48,156 nucleotides of DNA from Gammaproteobacteria bacterium. GTDB taxonomy: Bacteria; Pseudomonadota; Gammaproteobacteria; GCA-001735895. Positions 1 to 8,787 of this stretch are shown one piece after another. Below the pieces are notes generated by a model. It was not told the DNA's origin. It did not search any database and was given only the letters and a program-made list of their open reading frames with translations. The number at the start of each line of letters is the position of its first letter. Within the stretch, counting starts at the first letter, position 1. Made by a program: the position numbers and the translations under genes. The DNA lies in NCBI GenBank assembly GCA_024763505.1, contig JANTFI010000005.1, forward strand, positions 1 through 48,156, given 5' to 3'.

Positions 1-729
1 GAAAACATCAAGATCGTCATGGTCGAAACCACCCATCCCGGCAATATCGGCGCGGCCGCGCGGGCGATGAAAAATATGTGCCTGTCGCAGCTGGTGCTGG
101 TCAACCCGCAATGCCCGATCGGGCAGATCGCGTATTCGCGTGGCTCCGGAGCCAACGATATTCTCGACCAGCACATCCGCGTCGAAACCCTGCCGCAAGC
201 CGTCGCCGATTGCCAGGTTGTGATCGGCACCAGCGCGCGTATGCGTTCACTTGCCTGGCCGGAATTGTCGCCCGAAATGCTAGCGCAAAAGATTGCCGGC
301 ATGGGCGAGGATGAAAGAGCCGCCATCGTGTTCGGACGAGAACATTCGGGCTTGACCAATGATGAATTGCAGCATTGCCATTACACCGTCACCATCCCCA
401 CCAATGCCGATTTCAGTTCGCTGAATGTCGCTTCGGCGATTCAAGTGATCAGTTATGAAATCTACAAGCGATTTCAGCATCTACCACAGCAAGCGCCAAG
501 CGAAAAAAAGGAAGATGCCGAAGCGGCAGCCGATAGCGCCGAGATGGAAGGTTATTTCTCGCATCTTGAACAGGTCATGGTCGCAACCGGTTTTCTCGAC
601 CCGGACAACCCGCGTCAACTGATGAAGCGGTTGCGCCGGCTGTATCAACGCGCCGAACCGAGCAAGAATGAAGTGAATATCTTGCGCGGCATTTTGAGCG
701 CGGTAGAAAAATACAAAAAGGAAACGTAA
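1..729 (+). CDS. trmJ: tRNA/rRNA 2'-O-methyltransferase, TrmJ/LasT (SPOUT) family; 5' end probably outside the window
   Basis: Motifs IVMVETTHPGNIGAAARAMKNM, VFGREHSGLTNDEL, SSLNVASA and C-terminal EVNILRGIL; the frame is open from base 1 (ENIKIVMVET). Confidence 0.92.
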   Translation, partial: ENIKIVMVETTHPGNIGAAARAMKNMCLSQLVLVNPQCPIGQIAYSRGSGANDILDQHIRVETLPQAVADCQVVIGTSARMRSLAWPELSPEMLAQKIAGMGEDERAAIVFGREHSGLTNDELQHCHYTVTIPTNADFSSLNVASAIQVISYEIYKRFQHLPQQAPSEKKEDAEAAADSAEMEGYFSHLEQVMVATGFLDPDNPRQLMKRLRRLYQRAEPSKNEVNILRGILSAVEKYKKET

Positions 730-766
730 CGGTCAGATGATTACCGAGTCGTTATCAGAAACCGGA

Positions 767-3700
767 TTAATCCGTGTCTGACTGCTCACTGGCTTGCAGG
801 ATCGCCCGGTTGTGCGGTACCTGATTTAAAAAGGCATGGCGCAGCTGGTTGTCGGTTATTTTGTCGGCGCGCTGTTGCAACAGCTGTCGGGTTTGTTGCA
901 GAAAAGGCCCGGCTCGGGCATCGCCTGCCTGTTGCAATACCTGATAGACCGTCAAACGAATCAGTATCGGTTCTTCAGTGCCATCGAGGCTACCGCCTTG
1001 TTGTAAGAAATCGAGTACTTTTACAACTTGAATGTGGGCCTCGGTGAGGTTTCCCTGTTGCAGCGATAGCCGTGCCAGTGCTGCGAAAACTTCCATCGCC
1101 AGGTGTTCACCCGAATTGGCTTCGAACAGCTCAATAGCTTGCTGCAGAGCCTCGTGCGCGGCTTCAAACTCTCCGGTTTCTGTCAGAGCCTGACCCAGCT
1201 GCAAATGGGTAGCGGCCTGCAAGTCACGAAACTCGCCCTGTATCGCAATTTTCAGCGCCTGCTGTGCCAGCTCGATTGCATTTGGAAAACGCTGTTTGAG
1301 ATTGGCTATGATCGCCAGGTTGAGCTGTACCACGCATTCTCCGATACTGTAACCTATGCTGCGCGCGATACTGATCGATTGTTCGAAACAGGCTTCGGCT
1401 CTGTCATAGTCGCCGATACGCAGGTAATTATCGCCCAAAGTATTGTAGGCATTGGATTCTCCTACCTTGTCCTGCAGGTTGAGCACAATGTCGAGGTATT
1501 TCCTGTCGAGTTGAAAACATTGAGCCAAATCACCGCTTTCCGCGCAAAGTGCGGCCAGATTGGTGATGAGGCGGCCTTCAATTTGAGGGTTGGATGCAAG
1601 ACGCGCCAACGTCAGCCCATTTTCGGCGGCTTGCCGGGCATCGGGGAAGTTACCCATCCGGCGCAAACACATGGCTTGAATTTCTTTGGCTTGCGCCGCG
1701 ATGTCTGACTGTTGACAAGCCTGTGCGCGTTGAAACGCACGAATGGCAGATTGCTCCGCTTGCTGGTAGTCACCCGCATCGCAAATGGCACTTGCTCGCC
1801 TCAGTATGGCTTCTGCAATGCGAGGCTCATCCGCTAATTGCTGGGCGGTTTCCAACAGCGCATCGAGGTCGGCTTCATGTGCTTTACGGTCATGCTGTAG
1901 CGAGAGAATCTTTTCGCGTGCTTCGAGCAGGGACCAGCGTAATTTGAGGTCTGCAGGGGTTAGATGAGGTAGCGCGCGTTGAACATAATTGAGCGTTGCA
2001 TCGCCACTGTGACGTGCGGCGGCTTGCTGGGCAGCCTGAGCATAAAACTCGACGGCTCTGGCCCAGTTGTTGGCACATTCATAGTGGTAGGCAGTTATCC
2101 CCGGAAAATCACTTCCACGCTTGTTGGCCAGGCTTTCATACCAGCCGGCGACGGCCGCATGAAAATTCTCTCGATGTGTTTTGAGCAGGCTCAGATAAGT
2201 GACCTTATGCAGAATATGATGCTGAAAACTGTATTTTTGTGCGCCTTCAAATCGACTGCCGGGTTGTTGAATGATCAATTCGCGCTGAACCAGTTCGGGT
2301 AGATATTTCAGGCTGTCAGGTTCGATTGTGGCCAGTGTATTGTCCCAGAACATGAAACCGATGACCGAGGCCAACTGCAACGTCGCGCGCTGCTGCGCAT
2401 TGAGGGCATCCAGTCTGGCCTGCAAAACGCCAGTGAGTGAGTCCGGCACCTGAATATTATCCAGTTTTTGCGGTACCAGACGCCATTGCTCGATATCGCT
2501 GATGATGGCACCATCGTCGATCATCATCTTGACCAGTTCTTCCATGTAAAAAGGGTTACCATCTGCCGAATCGGTAACGAGTTTCAATAAGTCGGATGGA
2601 ATCATATCCAGTCGCTGCAGCAATGTTGTCGCCAGTTGCTGGCTATGTTGATGGTTCAACGCCTGCAGGTCGATGCGTAAGGTATTCTGGCAGACAGGCC
2701 AGGCTGGACGATGCCGATAGAGTTCAGGCCGGGCCAGTGCCAGCAGCAGCATCGGGATATCGTTGTTGGCTTTTAGCAGGTAATCCAGAAAATTCAGCGA
2801 GTCGGTGTCGGCCCAGTGCAAGTCGTCCACGATCAATAATATGGGGTCTCCGCTTCGGTACAGCCTGCGCAGCACTTCGGCAGCGCAATGCAGTCCTCGG
2901 CGGCGAATTTTTTGCGGGTCATCGAGAAGCGCTGCCAGTTTTGGATTATGACTGAAATCCAGCCCGATCAATTGCCCGAGCATTTCTACCGAAAGCATTT
3001 CTTCGGTGCTGAACAGGGGTTGCAGCCTTGAGCAAAACTGTTCGCGTGTATGCCGGATGTCATCTCCTTCCGATAGTTGTAGACGCCAGGCCAGAATATT
3101 GTACAACAGGCCGTAGGGTTGCTGGCGAGCTGTCGGTTGGGAACGACCTTTAAACAGGTAATAACTGTACGGTTGCGTATCGGCCCAGTTTTCAAATTCA
3201 TACAGCAAGCGTGATTTTCCGATGCCGGCTTCAGCAACAATGGTCACGACACGGGGGGCAGGCGGGACCGTGTCGTCGAACAATGCCTGAAATTGCTGCT
3301 GCAAATGCCCAAGCTCAACCTGACGGCCGATCATTTGCGTTTCAACCCCGTCAATGCCGCGCTGAAGATTGTGAAAAGCGCGCGGCTTGGCGGAGTGGAC
3401 CAGATAGGTTTTGAGTGGCTCATCCAGCCCTTTGATGTCAATGGGGGGCTGTTCGGTGACATCGAAAATGCCACGGACATGACGAAAGCAATAGTGGCTG
3501 ATGCGCAAGCCACCGGGCGGCGCTTGCTGCTCCATGCGCGCGGCAATATGAACCGTCAGGCCGCGGATACTGTTATCGGCATCGACTCCGCCGCCAATCA
3601 ATACGCGGCCGGTGTTGATGCCGACCCGCAAATCAAATCCTTCCAGTCCAAATCGATGCAAAACATCGTCAGCGATTTGCCTGGAAGCTTCAAGACAGGC

Positions 3701-4090
3701 GAGCCCGGCTCGCACAGCGTTTTCCGGGTCTTCTTCATACGCATCGTCGGCACCGAAGGCGGCGAGCAGACTGTCGCCGGCATATTGCAGTACACGGCCA
3801 TGAAACCGGTCGATGATATCGCTCAGTTGCTTCAGAGCGCCATCCAGAATGCTTTGTGTTTCTTCCGGGTCAAGCTGACGCGCCATTTGTGTGGATCCGA
3901 CAATATCGGCAAACAGAACACTGACCTGTTTCAATCGTTGTTCGGCAAAATCGGCCCATCCCTGTGACCTGAACGCGTCAAGCTGAGCCTGCAACGGCGC
4001 AATGGCCAGGTTAACGACGTCATCGCCAAGCAGTTCGCGCTGATTATTCAGTGCAGCAATGGCGGATATCAAATCCTGCTGGCTACTCAT
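767..4090 (-). CDS. Class III adenylate/guanylate cyclase fused to a STAND-type AAA ATPase and TPR repeats (1107 aa)
   Basis: Cyclase motifs FADIVGST, AGDSLLAAFG, RVGINTG, TVHIAARME; Walker A AEAGIGKS; Walker B LLIVDDLHWAD; GNPFYMEE; C-terminal TPR-like helices (e.g. AYNTLGDNYLRIGDYDRAEACFEQSI). Confidence 0.9.
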   Translation of the reverse strand: MSSQQDLISAIAALNNQRELLGDDVVNLAIAPLQAQLDAFRSQGWADFAEQRLKQVSVLFADIVGSTQMARQLDPEETQSILDGALKQLSDIIDRFHGRVLQYAGDSLLAAFGADDAYEEDPENAVRAGLACLEASRQIADDVLHRFGLEGFDLRVGINTGRVLIGGGVDADNSIRGLTVHIAARMEQQAPPGGLRISHYCFRHVRGIFDVTEQPPIDIKGLDEPLKTYLVHSAKPRAFHNLQRGIDGVETQMIGRQVELGHLQQQFQALFDDTVPPAPRVVTIVAEAGIGKSRLLYEFENWADTQPYSYYLFKGRSQPTARQQPYGLLYNILAWRLQLSEGDDIRHTREQFCSRLQPLFSTEEMLSVEMLGQLIGLDFSHNPKLAALLDDPQKIRRRGLHCAAEVLRRLYRSGDPILLIVDDLHWADTDSLNFLDYLLKANNDIPMLLLALARPELYRHRPAWPVCQNTLRIDLQALNHQHSQQLATTLLQRLDMIPSDLLKLVTDSADGNPFYMEELVKMMIDDGAIISDIEQWRLVPQKLDNIQVPDSLTGVLQARLDALNAQQRATLQLASVIGFMFWDNTLATIEPDSLKYLPELVQRELIIQQPGSRFEGAQKYSFQHHILHKVTYLSLLKTHRENFHAAVAGWYESLANKRGSDFPGITAYHYECANNWARAVEFYAQAAQQAAARHSGDATLNYVQRALPHLTPADLKLRWSLLEAREKILSLQHDRKAHEADLDALLETAQQLADEPRIAEAILRRASAICDAGDYQQAEQSAIRAFQRAQACQQSDIAAQAKEIQAMCLRRMGNFPDARQAAENGLTLARLASNPQIEGRLITNLAALCAESGDLAQCFQLDRKYLDIVLNLQDKVGESNAYNTLGDNYLRIGDYDRAEACFEQSISIARSIGYSIGECVVQLNLAIIANLKQRFPNAIELAQQALKIAIQGEFRDLQAATHLQLGQALTETGEFEAAHEALQQAIELFEANSGEHLAMEVFAALARLSLQQGNLTEAHIQVVKVLDFLQQGGSLDGTEEPILIRLTVYQVLQQAGDARAGPFLQQTRQLLQQRADKITDNQLRHAFLNQVPHNRAILQASEQSDTD

Positions 4091-6903
4091 GGCTTTGCGG
4101 GTGAGTGTAGAGATGAATCAAACGATGGATTTTTTTCGTCGGGTAATGCTGACGGTTGAGCCTTGCCGTTGAATTTTTCGATCAAACCATTGCGTTCTGC
4201 CTGACGCTGAGCCTGCACCCGGTTCAAATTGAGAAAAATTCGCGCTGCGATGGATGGGTAAGCACGGCACAGACGTTCCTTATCTTCATCATCGAAACGC
4301 AGCAGGCGGGTTTCACTCACTGTATCGACACTGGCAGAGCGGCGCTGGCCGAAATAGCCGATTTCACCCACCACATCGCCCCGTTGCATGCGTGCCAGTT
4401 CGATGTGGTCATCACCAATATCCTTGAATACGGTGACTTCACCATCGATGATGACATAAATATCACCCGATTCATCCCCTTCGGTGATCAGCCGTGTGCC
4501 CGACGGTAAGGTATGCAGGTTCGCCATCAGTGCGAAGATGCGCGACTGGCGATCGCTCAGGCCACGAAACAGTGGAATGGTTTTTTGCACTTGCGCGCCG
4601 AGGTTGAGGCGCAAGGTATCCCACAAGGTAACGATGCGCAGGCCACTCATGAAGGCAGGCGTCACGAAGATATCCACTAGCCAGGTGCAGAATAATGTCA
4701 ATGCAGCGAGCCAGCCGAACAGTGCCTGCGAACTTAAATCGCCACTGAGCATGGTCAGGAATCCGGCGATCAGAATGGTTTTGGTGACGGTGACCGGGCG
4801 CAACACGGATTGCAGCGCCCGCTGGGCCGCGATGGTTTCGGATCCGGAACGCTTGGCCGCGCTGGCAAAGCGTGACAGATAATGAATGGTGTCATCAATG
4901 GCCAACCCCAGCACCAGAGTTTCGACCAGCACCGAGGTCGGGTTGAGCGAAACGCCGAGTAACCCCAACATGCCGAAATACAGCGCTGTCTGCAGTGCGG
5001 TCGGCAAGGTGGCAAGCAAGCCGATTTTAAATGACAGGAATTGCAGCGACAGGCACAGATAGATCAGCAACAGTGCCAGTGCCACGCTCATCAATTGGCC
5101 AGAGGTAGCCTTGCGCACCGATTCGGTCATGATTACTGCTCCGCCACCCAGATGGATTTCAAGGCCGCCAGGCAACTGTTTCAGACGTAGTTGCAAACGA
5201 TCGAGAAATGGTGCAATGCGGGCGGTGTCATCCACTCGCAGGCGAATCTGGATCAAGCTGGCCGAACGGTCGATATTAACCACACTGCGTTGCCATTCGC
5301 CATCTCCGACAAACAGCATCTGGCGGATCGCATCACGTGAGGCGGGAATAGCGAAACTCGCTTCTGCCGCAAGATAGCGATTGAGCAACTTGACATGGTC
5401 TGCCAGCCCAAGCACCGAACCAACTTCAGGTTGCTGGCTGACCCATTTTTCGAGCTGGTCGAGTTGCTGCAGGATATTGGGGTCGGTAAAGACATCCTCG
5501 GCACCCCCCTCAAAGGCCAGATAAACCGGGTTGACGCCACCCATTTTCTGGTTGATGGCCGCATGATCGATACGAATTCTCGAGTTTTCCGGGAATAGTC
5601 CAATCAGTTGTTCGCCGATCCGAATCTGCGCGGCATACAGTAAAGACCCTGCGAAAACAATCAGGGCGACCCACAGTATCTGTTTGCGATGCTGCTGGTC
5701 AAATTTGCTGAGAGTGTCGATGGCTTGATCGAGCATGGCTTCGCCGGCCAGCGGCTGATCGCGCCGCCGAGGTTTGCAAAAATACAGCAGAGAGGGTACC
5801 AGCAACAAGGTCAGCAGCATCAGGAAGAGGGTTCCCAGTGCTGAAAAAGCCGCAAACTCAATCATCGAGCGCTGTTCGTTCAAGGTCAACGCAAGCAGAC
5901 CGGCAATGGTCGCCAGCCCGGTCACCATCACCGGTATCGAGGTTTCCTGCAGCAGGCTGGCGATGTGCTTTTGCGCTGACAGGGCCGGTTCACGCCGATG
6001 TATTTGCTCGTATTCGGAAATCACATGAGCGCAATATGCCAGCCCCATGGTGATTATGAACGGTGGGGTCAGGGCAGTCACCAGATTGATCGGAATTGCG
6101 GCGACACTGAAACTGGCAAGTACCCAAAGCATCGCCACACAAATGGTCAGTAATGGAATTAGGACTGCGCGCAGACTGCGAAAAACCAGCGCGAGCAAGA
6201 CCGCAATCACCAGCATGATGGCCGGGATCATGGTTTTCATCTGGGAAGTCAGAGTATGGCTTATTTCACTGCGAATCAATGGTGCACCGGTGACATGGAT
6301 GCGTACACCCGGCCCAGCCTGTCGGTCGGCGGTTTGGCGAATCCGGCGAGCCAGATCACTGTGCAGAATTTCCAGCTCATCGCTGGACGCCGGGTGAACC
6401 AGAACCACGGCGGCGCTGCCATCACGCGATACCAGTTGCCCGGCGATCAAGGGATTGTCCAGCGTGCTGTGCCTGAGTTCCCGGGCGATCTGCGGATCTT
6501 GCAGACTGGTCGGGGTCAGAGGTGAATAGTTGAGATCGTTGCGTTCGATGCGCGGTAATCGGGTCAGGGTCAGTGAATCCACTGATTTGACCCCGTCGAG
6601 CTGTTGCAAATCGTGCGACAGGCGATCCAGCCGTTGCAGGTTTTTCGGCAGAAAAACATCATCCACCTGCATCATCACCATGACCGGTTCCCGGTTGCCA
6701 AACCGCAGCCGAACCAGGCTATCGAATTTACGTTCCTGCGGGGTCAGAATCGAGATGGCATCGAGCGAAGGGTCGATCGACAGGCGTAGTCTGGCGTTTT
6801 GAAAATCAAATAATTGTAGCAGAGCCAATAGCGACAGAATCAAGGTGGCCATCAGCACAGCGATGCTGTGCTCAGCGATCCAGCGATGAAACCGGTTTGG
6901 CAC
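4087..6903 (-). CDS. MMPL/RND-family transporter with a C-terminal cyclic nucleotide-binding domain (938 aa)
   Basis: Two RND repeats (TM, large periplasmic loop, five TMs; VTGAPLI, GLAIDDTIHYL); C-terminal cNMP domain LITEGDESGDIYVIIDGEV...VVGEIGYFGQRRSASV; GTG start after a GGAGG RBS; the stop overlaps the cyclase start (ATGA). Confidence 0.88.
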   Translation of the reverse strand: MPNRFHRWIAEHSIAVLMATLILSLLALLQLFDFQNARLRLSIDPSLDAISILTPQERKFDSLVRLRFGNREPVMVMMQVDDVFLPKNLQRLDRLSHDLQQLDGVKSVDSLTLTRLPRIERNDLNYSPLTPTSLQDPQIARELRHSTLDNPLIAGQLVSRDGSAAVVLVHPASSDELEILHSDLARRIRQTADRQAGPGVRIHVTGAPLIRSEISHTLTSQMKTMIPAIMLVIAVLLALVFRSLRAVLIPLLTICVAMLWVLASFSVAAIPINLVTALTPPFIITMGLAYCAHVISEYEQIHRREPALSAQKHIASLLQETSIPVMVTGLATIAGLLALTLNEQRSMIEFAAFSALGTLFLMLLTLLLVPSLLYFCKPRRRDQPLAGEAMLDQAIDTLSKFDQQHRKQILWVALIVFAGSLLYAAQIRIGEQLIGLFPENSRIRIDHAAINQKMGGVNPVYLAFEGGAEDVFTDPNILQQLDQLEKWVSQQPEVGSVLGLADHVKLLNRYLAAEASFAIPASRDAIRQMLFVGDGEWQRSVVNIDRSASLIQIRLRVDDTARIAPFLDRLQLRLKQLPGGLEIHLGGGAVIMTESVRKATSGQLMSVALALLLIYLCLSLQFLSFKIGLLATLPTALQTALYFGMLGLLGVSLNPTSVLVETLVLGLAIDDTIHYLSRFASAAKRSGSETIAAQRALQSVLRPVTVTKTILIAGFLTMLSGDLSSQALFGWLAALTLFCTWLVDIFVTPAFMSGLRIVTLWDTLRLNLGAQVQKTIPLFRGLSDRQSRIFALMANLHTLPSGTRLITEGDESGDIYVIIDGEVTVFKDIGDDHIELARMQRGDVVGEIGYFGQRRSASVDTVSETRLLRFDDEDKERLCRAYPSIAARIFLNLNRVQAQRQAERNGLIEKFNGKAQPSALPDEKNPSFDSSLHSPAKP

Positions 6904-6923
6904 TTCGACCTCCTGTCGGCAGG

Positions 6924-7733
6924 TTACTCCTGCTCGATATAAAAACCTTCCGGAGTAAACAGGGATTCAGGCAGCCGCTCATTGATGAAGATATCGCTCA
7001 ACCATAGATCGGTGCGCGTACCGGCCCGTAGATCGGACATTCGATAGCCCTGAATCAACCACCACGGATCGATTTCAAGCAGGGTCGAGATATCGGCCTT
7101 GAGCACTTTGCTCAGGGTATCATCGGCCGTGAAAAGTTCTGACTTGAGTAGCAGACAGCTTTGCTGATCGATATAACTGCGCACTTTTCGGTAAAAATGA
7201 CCGGTTCCGCTGTGGCTGGTTTCGATCAGATAGGCTGGCCGGCCTTCGATGGTCTCGTCGGGCAGACGTTTGACGACACCTTCGATCATCAACCCCTGTA
7301 ATTGCTTGATGTCAGCAATACTGAAATCGCTGCCCCATAATTTTTGACTGTCTTCTCCGCCTTGTAGCGTGCGCACCTTGCGTAATGCGGGCAGGTACAA
7401 ATACAGTTTTTCGCTGTCAAGATTCTTCACCACCAGATATGAGGTACCGCGCAGGGCTTTCGGTTCCTGTACCTGTAACGTGATGCGAATGACATCCGAA
7501 GTCTTGGATGGCTTCCAGAAAGCCTTGAACTGGATGGTTTTGGATTTGCCTTCCTTATCAGTCGATTTGATCTGGAAATCGCGTACCGCACCGCGTTCAA
7601 ACACATTGACCCGCATGCATTGTGCAATTTCCTGAATGCTTTTGTCAGCGTTGGAATCTGCCAGCGCAATTCCAGCATTGAAAAACAGACCTAGGCTGAA
7701 AAGGGTCGGGAGTAATCGGTAGTAAGGCTTCAC
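6924..7733 (-). CDS. LolA-like 'outer membrane lipoprotein-sorting' periplasmic protein
   Basis: Signal peptide (...NAGIALA); motifs P..LRGTSYL, LYLPALRKVR, WGSDFSIAD and LPESLFT, typical of the LolA-like proteins that accompany MMPL exporters; GAGGA RBS before a GTG start. Confidence 0.8.
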   Translation of the reverse strand: MKPYYRLLPTLFSLGLFFNAGIALADSNADKSIQEIAQCMRVNVFERGAVRDFQIKSTDKEGKSKTIQFKAFWKPSKTSDVIRITLQVQEPKALRGTSYLVVKNLDSEKLYLYLPALRKVRTLQGGEDSQKLWGSDFSIADIKQLQGLMIEGVVKRLPDETIEGRPAYLIETSHSGTGHFYRKVRSYIDQQSCLLLKSELFTADDTLSKVLKADISTLLEIDPWWLIQGYRMSDLRAGTRTDLWLSDIFINERLPESLFTPEGFYIEQE

Positions 7734-7772
7734 TGTGCGTCCTCTGTGAATGGATGAGTTTTATTCTGATCT

Positions 7773-7789
7773 CGAAATACGATATTTCG
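7773..7789. promoter_or_regulatory. Perfect 7-3-7 inverted repeat CGAAATA-CGA-TATTTCG upstream of the LolA-like/MMPL/cyclase operon (putative operator)
   Basis: Seen directly, ~40 bp upstream of the GTG at 7733; function is inferred. Confidence 0.35.
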
Positions 7790-7923
7790 TTATTATTCTT
7801 ACGCCGGCCTGACCGGGTGTTTAATCAAGGTGCAGCTAAGCGTCTGGCACCTCTGGTAACGTGCATGTTAATACAAAATTGATTGCAAAGCGAAACTGTT
7901 TGGACGTGTACGAATCAGGCAGG

Positions 7924-8586
7924 TTATCGGTTGTGCAGGTAACGACGGTCATCAAAAGTGGCGATCCACTGTGGTTTGTAGATGACAAAAACAGAGATGA
8001 CGCCACCGGTTATAAAGGCTTCCGGATACATGATCGGAATGAAAATCAGGATGTATTGATCCAGCGTTTCTTCAATCAACTGATTGTCCAGATGTTTGAG
8101 AATTTCATAGGAAATCAATCCGCTAGTCAAAATCGACAAACCGGCTGCCAGAAAAGCGCAGACAAAGATATAAATAAAATAATTGGCAGGTAAATAGCGT
8201 TCATTAAAACGCCAGATGAGGTAAGTAACAGTGACCGGCACGACGCCGGTAATCAGGCCGTTCATGGCAAAAGCAGCGAAATCGGCATCCGTACTGATAG
8301 TCATACCGAGCAATATCAGTGCATTGGCCAGTAAGGCTACTTGCCAGCGGAACATCAGGGTCAGAATACTGCTGCCGAGTAAATGAATCGCCAGCCCGTC
8401 ATCGACATTGACTTTCAATTGCCAGAACAGGAAAACCACCGCACAAGCCGCAAACAGGATATTACTGGAATCCTTTTGCAGCAGAATCTGCCATGGCGCA
8501 CGATACAGTGCCCACAGCAAAACAGGCCAGTACAGCGACTGCGTCCAGAGCCACAAGCCGGGTAAATGTATTGAATGGAGATCCAC
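7924..8586 (-). CDS. Solitary CbiM-like ECF-type membrane protein
   Basis: About 6 TM helices; HLLGSSILTLMF, NYFIYIF, PEAFITG and C-terminal P.WIATFDD.RYL; no cbiQ or cbiO adjacent. Confidence 0.7.
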   Translation of the reverse strand: MDLHSIHLPGLWLWTQSLYWPVLLWALYRAPWQILLQKDSSNILFAACAVVFLFWQLKVNVDDGLAIHLLGSSILTLMFRWQVALLANALILLGMTISTDADFAAFAMNGLITGVVPVTVTYLIWRFNERYLPANYFIYIFVCAFLAAGLSILTSGLISYEILKHLDNQLIEETLDQYILIFIPIMYPEAFITGGVISVFVIYKPQWIATFDDRRYLHNR

Positions 8587-8646
8587 AGAATCGACAAATA
8601 AAAACAGAGCGGAACAGAGGCTACTAGCTTAACCCCGGCTTTGGGA

Positions 8647-8660
8647 TTGATTTACATCAT
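8647..8660. promoter_or_regulatory. FNR/Anr-type box with one mismatch (TTGAT-TTAC-ATCAT)
   Basis: Near match to TTGAT-N4-ATCAA in the divergent cbiM-like/ppdK intergenic region. Confidence 0.6.
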
Positions 8661-8706
8661 CCTGATCCGGTTTTTGTCGCAGTAAAGGCGAATTTTCAGC
8701 TTTCAT

Positions 8707-8720
8707 TTGATGTGAATCAA
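8707..8720 (+). promoter_or_regulatory. Perfect FNR/Anr box (TTGAT-GTGA-ATCAA), probable class II promoter of ppdK
   Basis: Exact consensus; a -10-like GATACT/TACTGT at 8743-8750 puts the box centre near -41.5. Confidence 0.8.
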
Positions 8721-8787
8721 CACCTGGCCTAGCAGATTTCAGGATACTGTAAAAAATTCAACGGTAACTAATCGGGAGAGACCACCA

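Noticed and set aside
767-6903. Pycsar, CBASS or Avs anti-phage interpretation of the cyclase plus cNMP-binding membrane protein
   Set aside because: The cyclase is a large STAND-TPR fusion and the partner is a full-length MMPL with a LolA-like protein, unlike known Pycsar effectors; there is no defence-island context. Not excluded, but unsupported.
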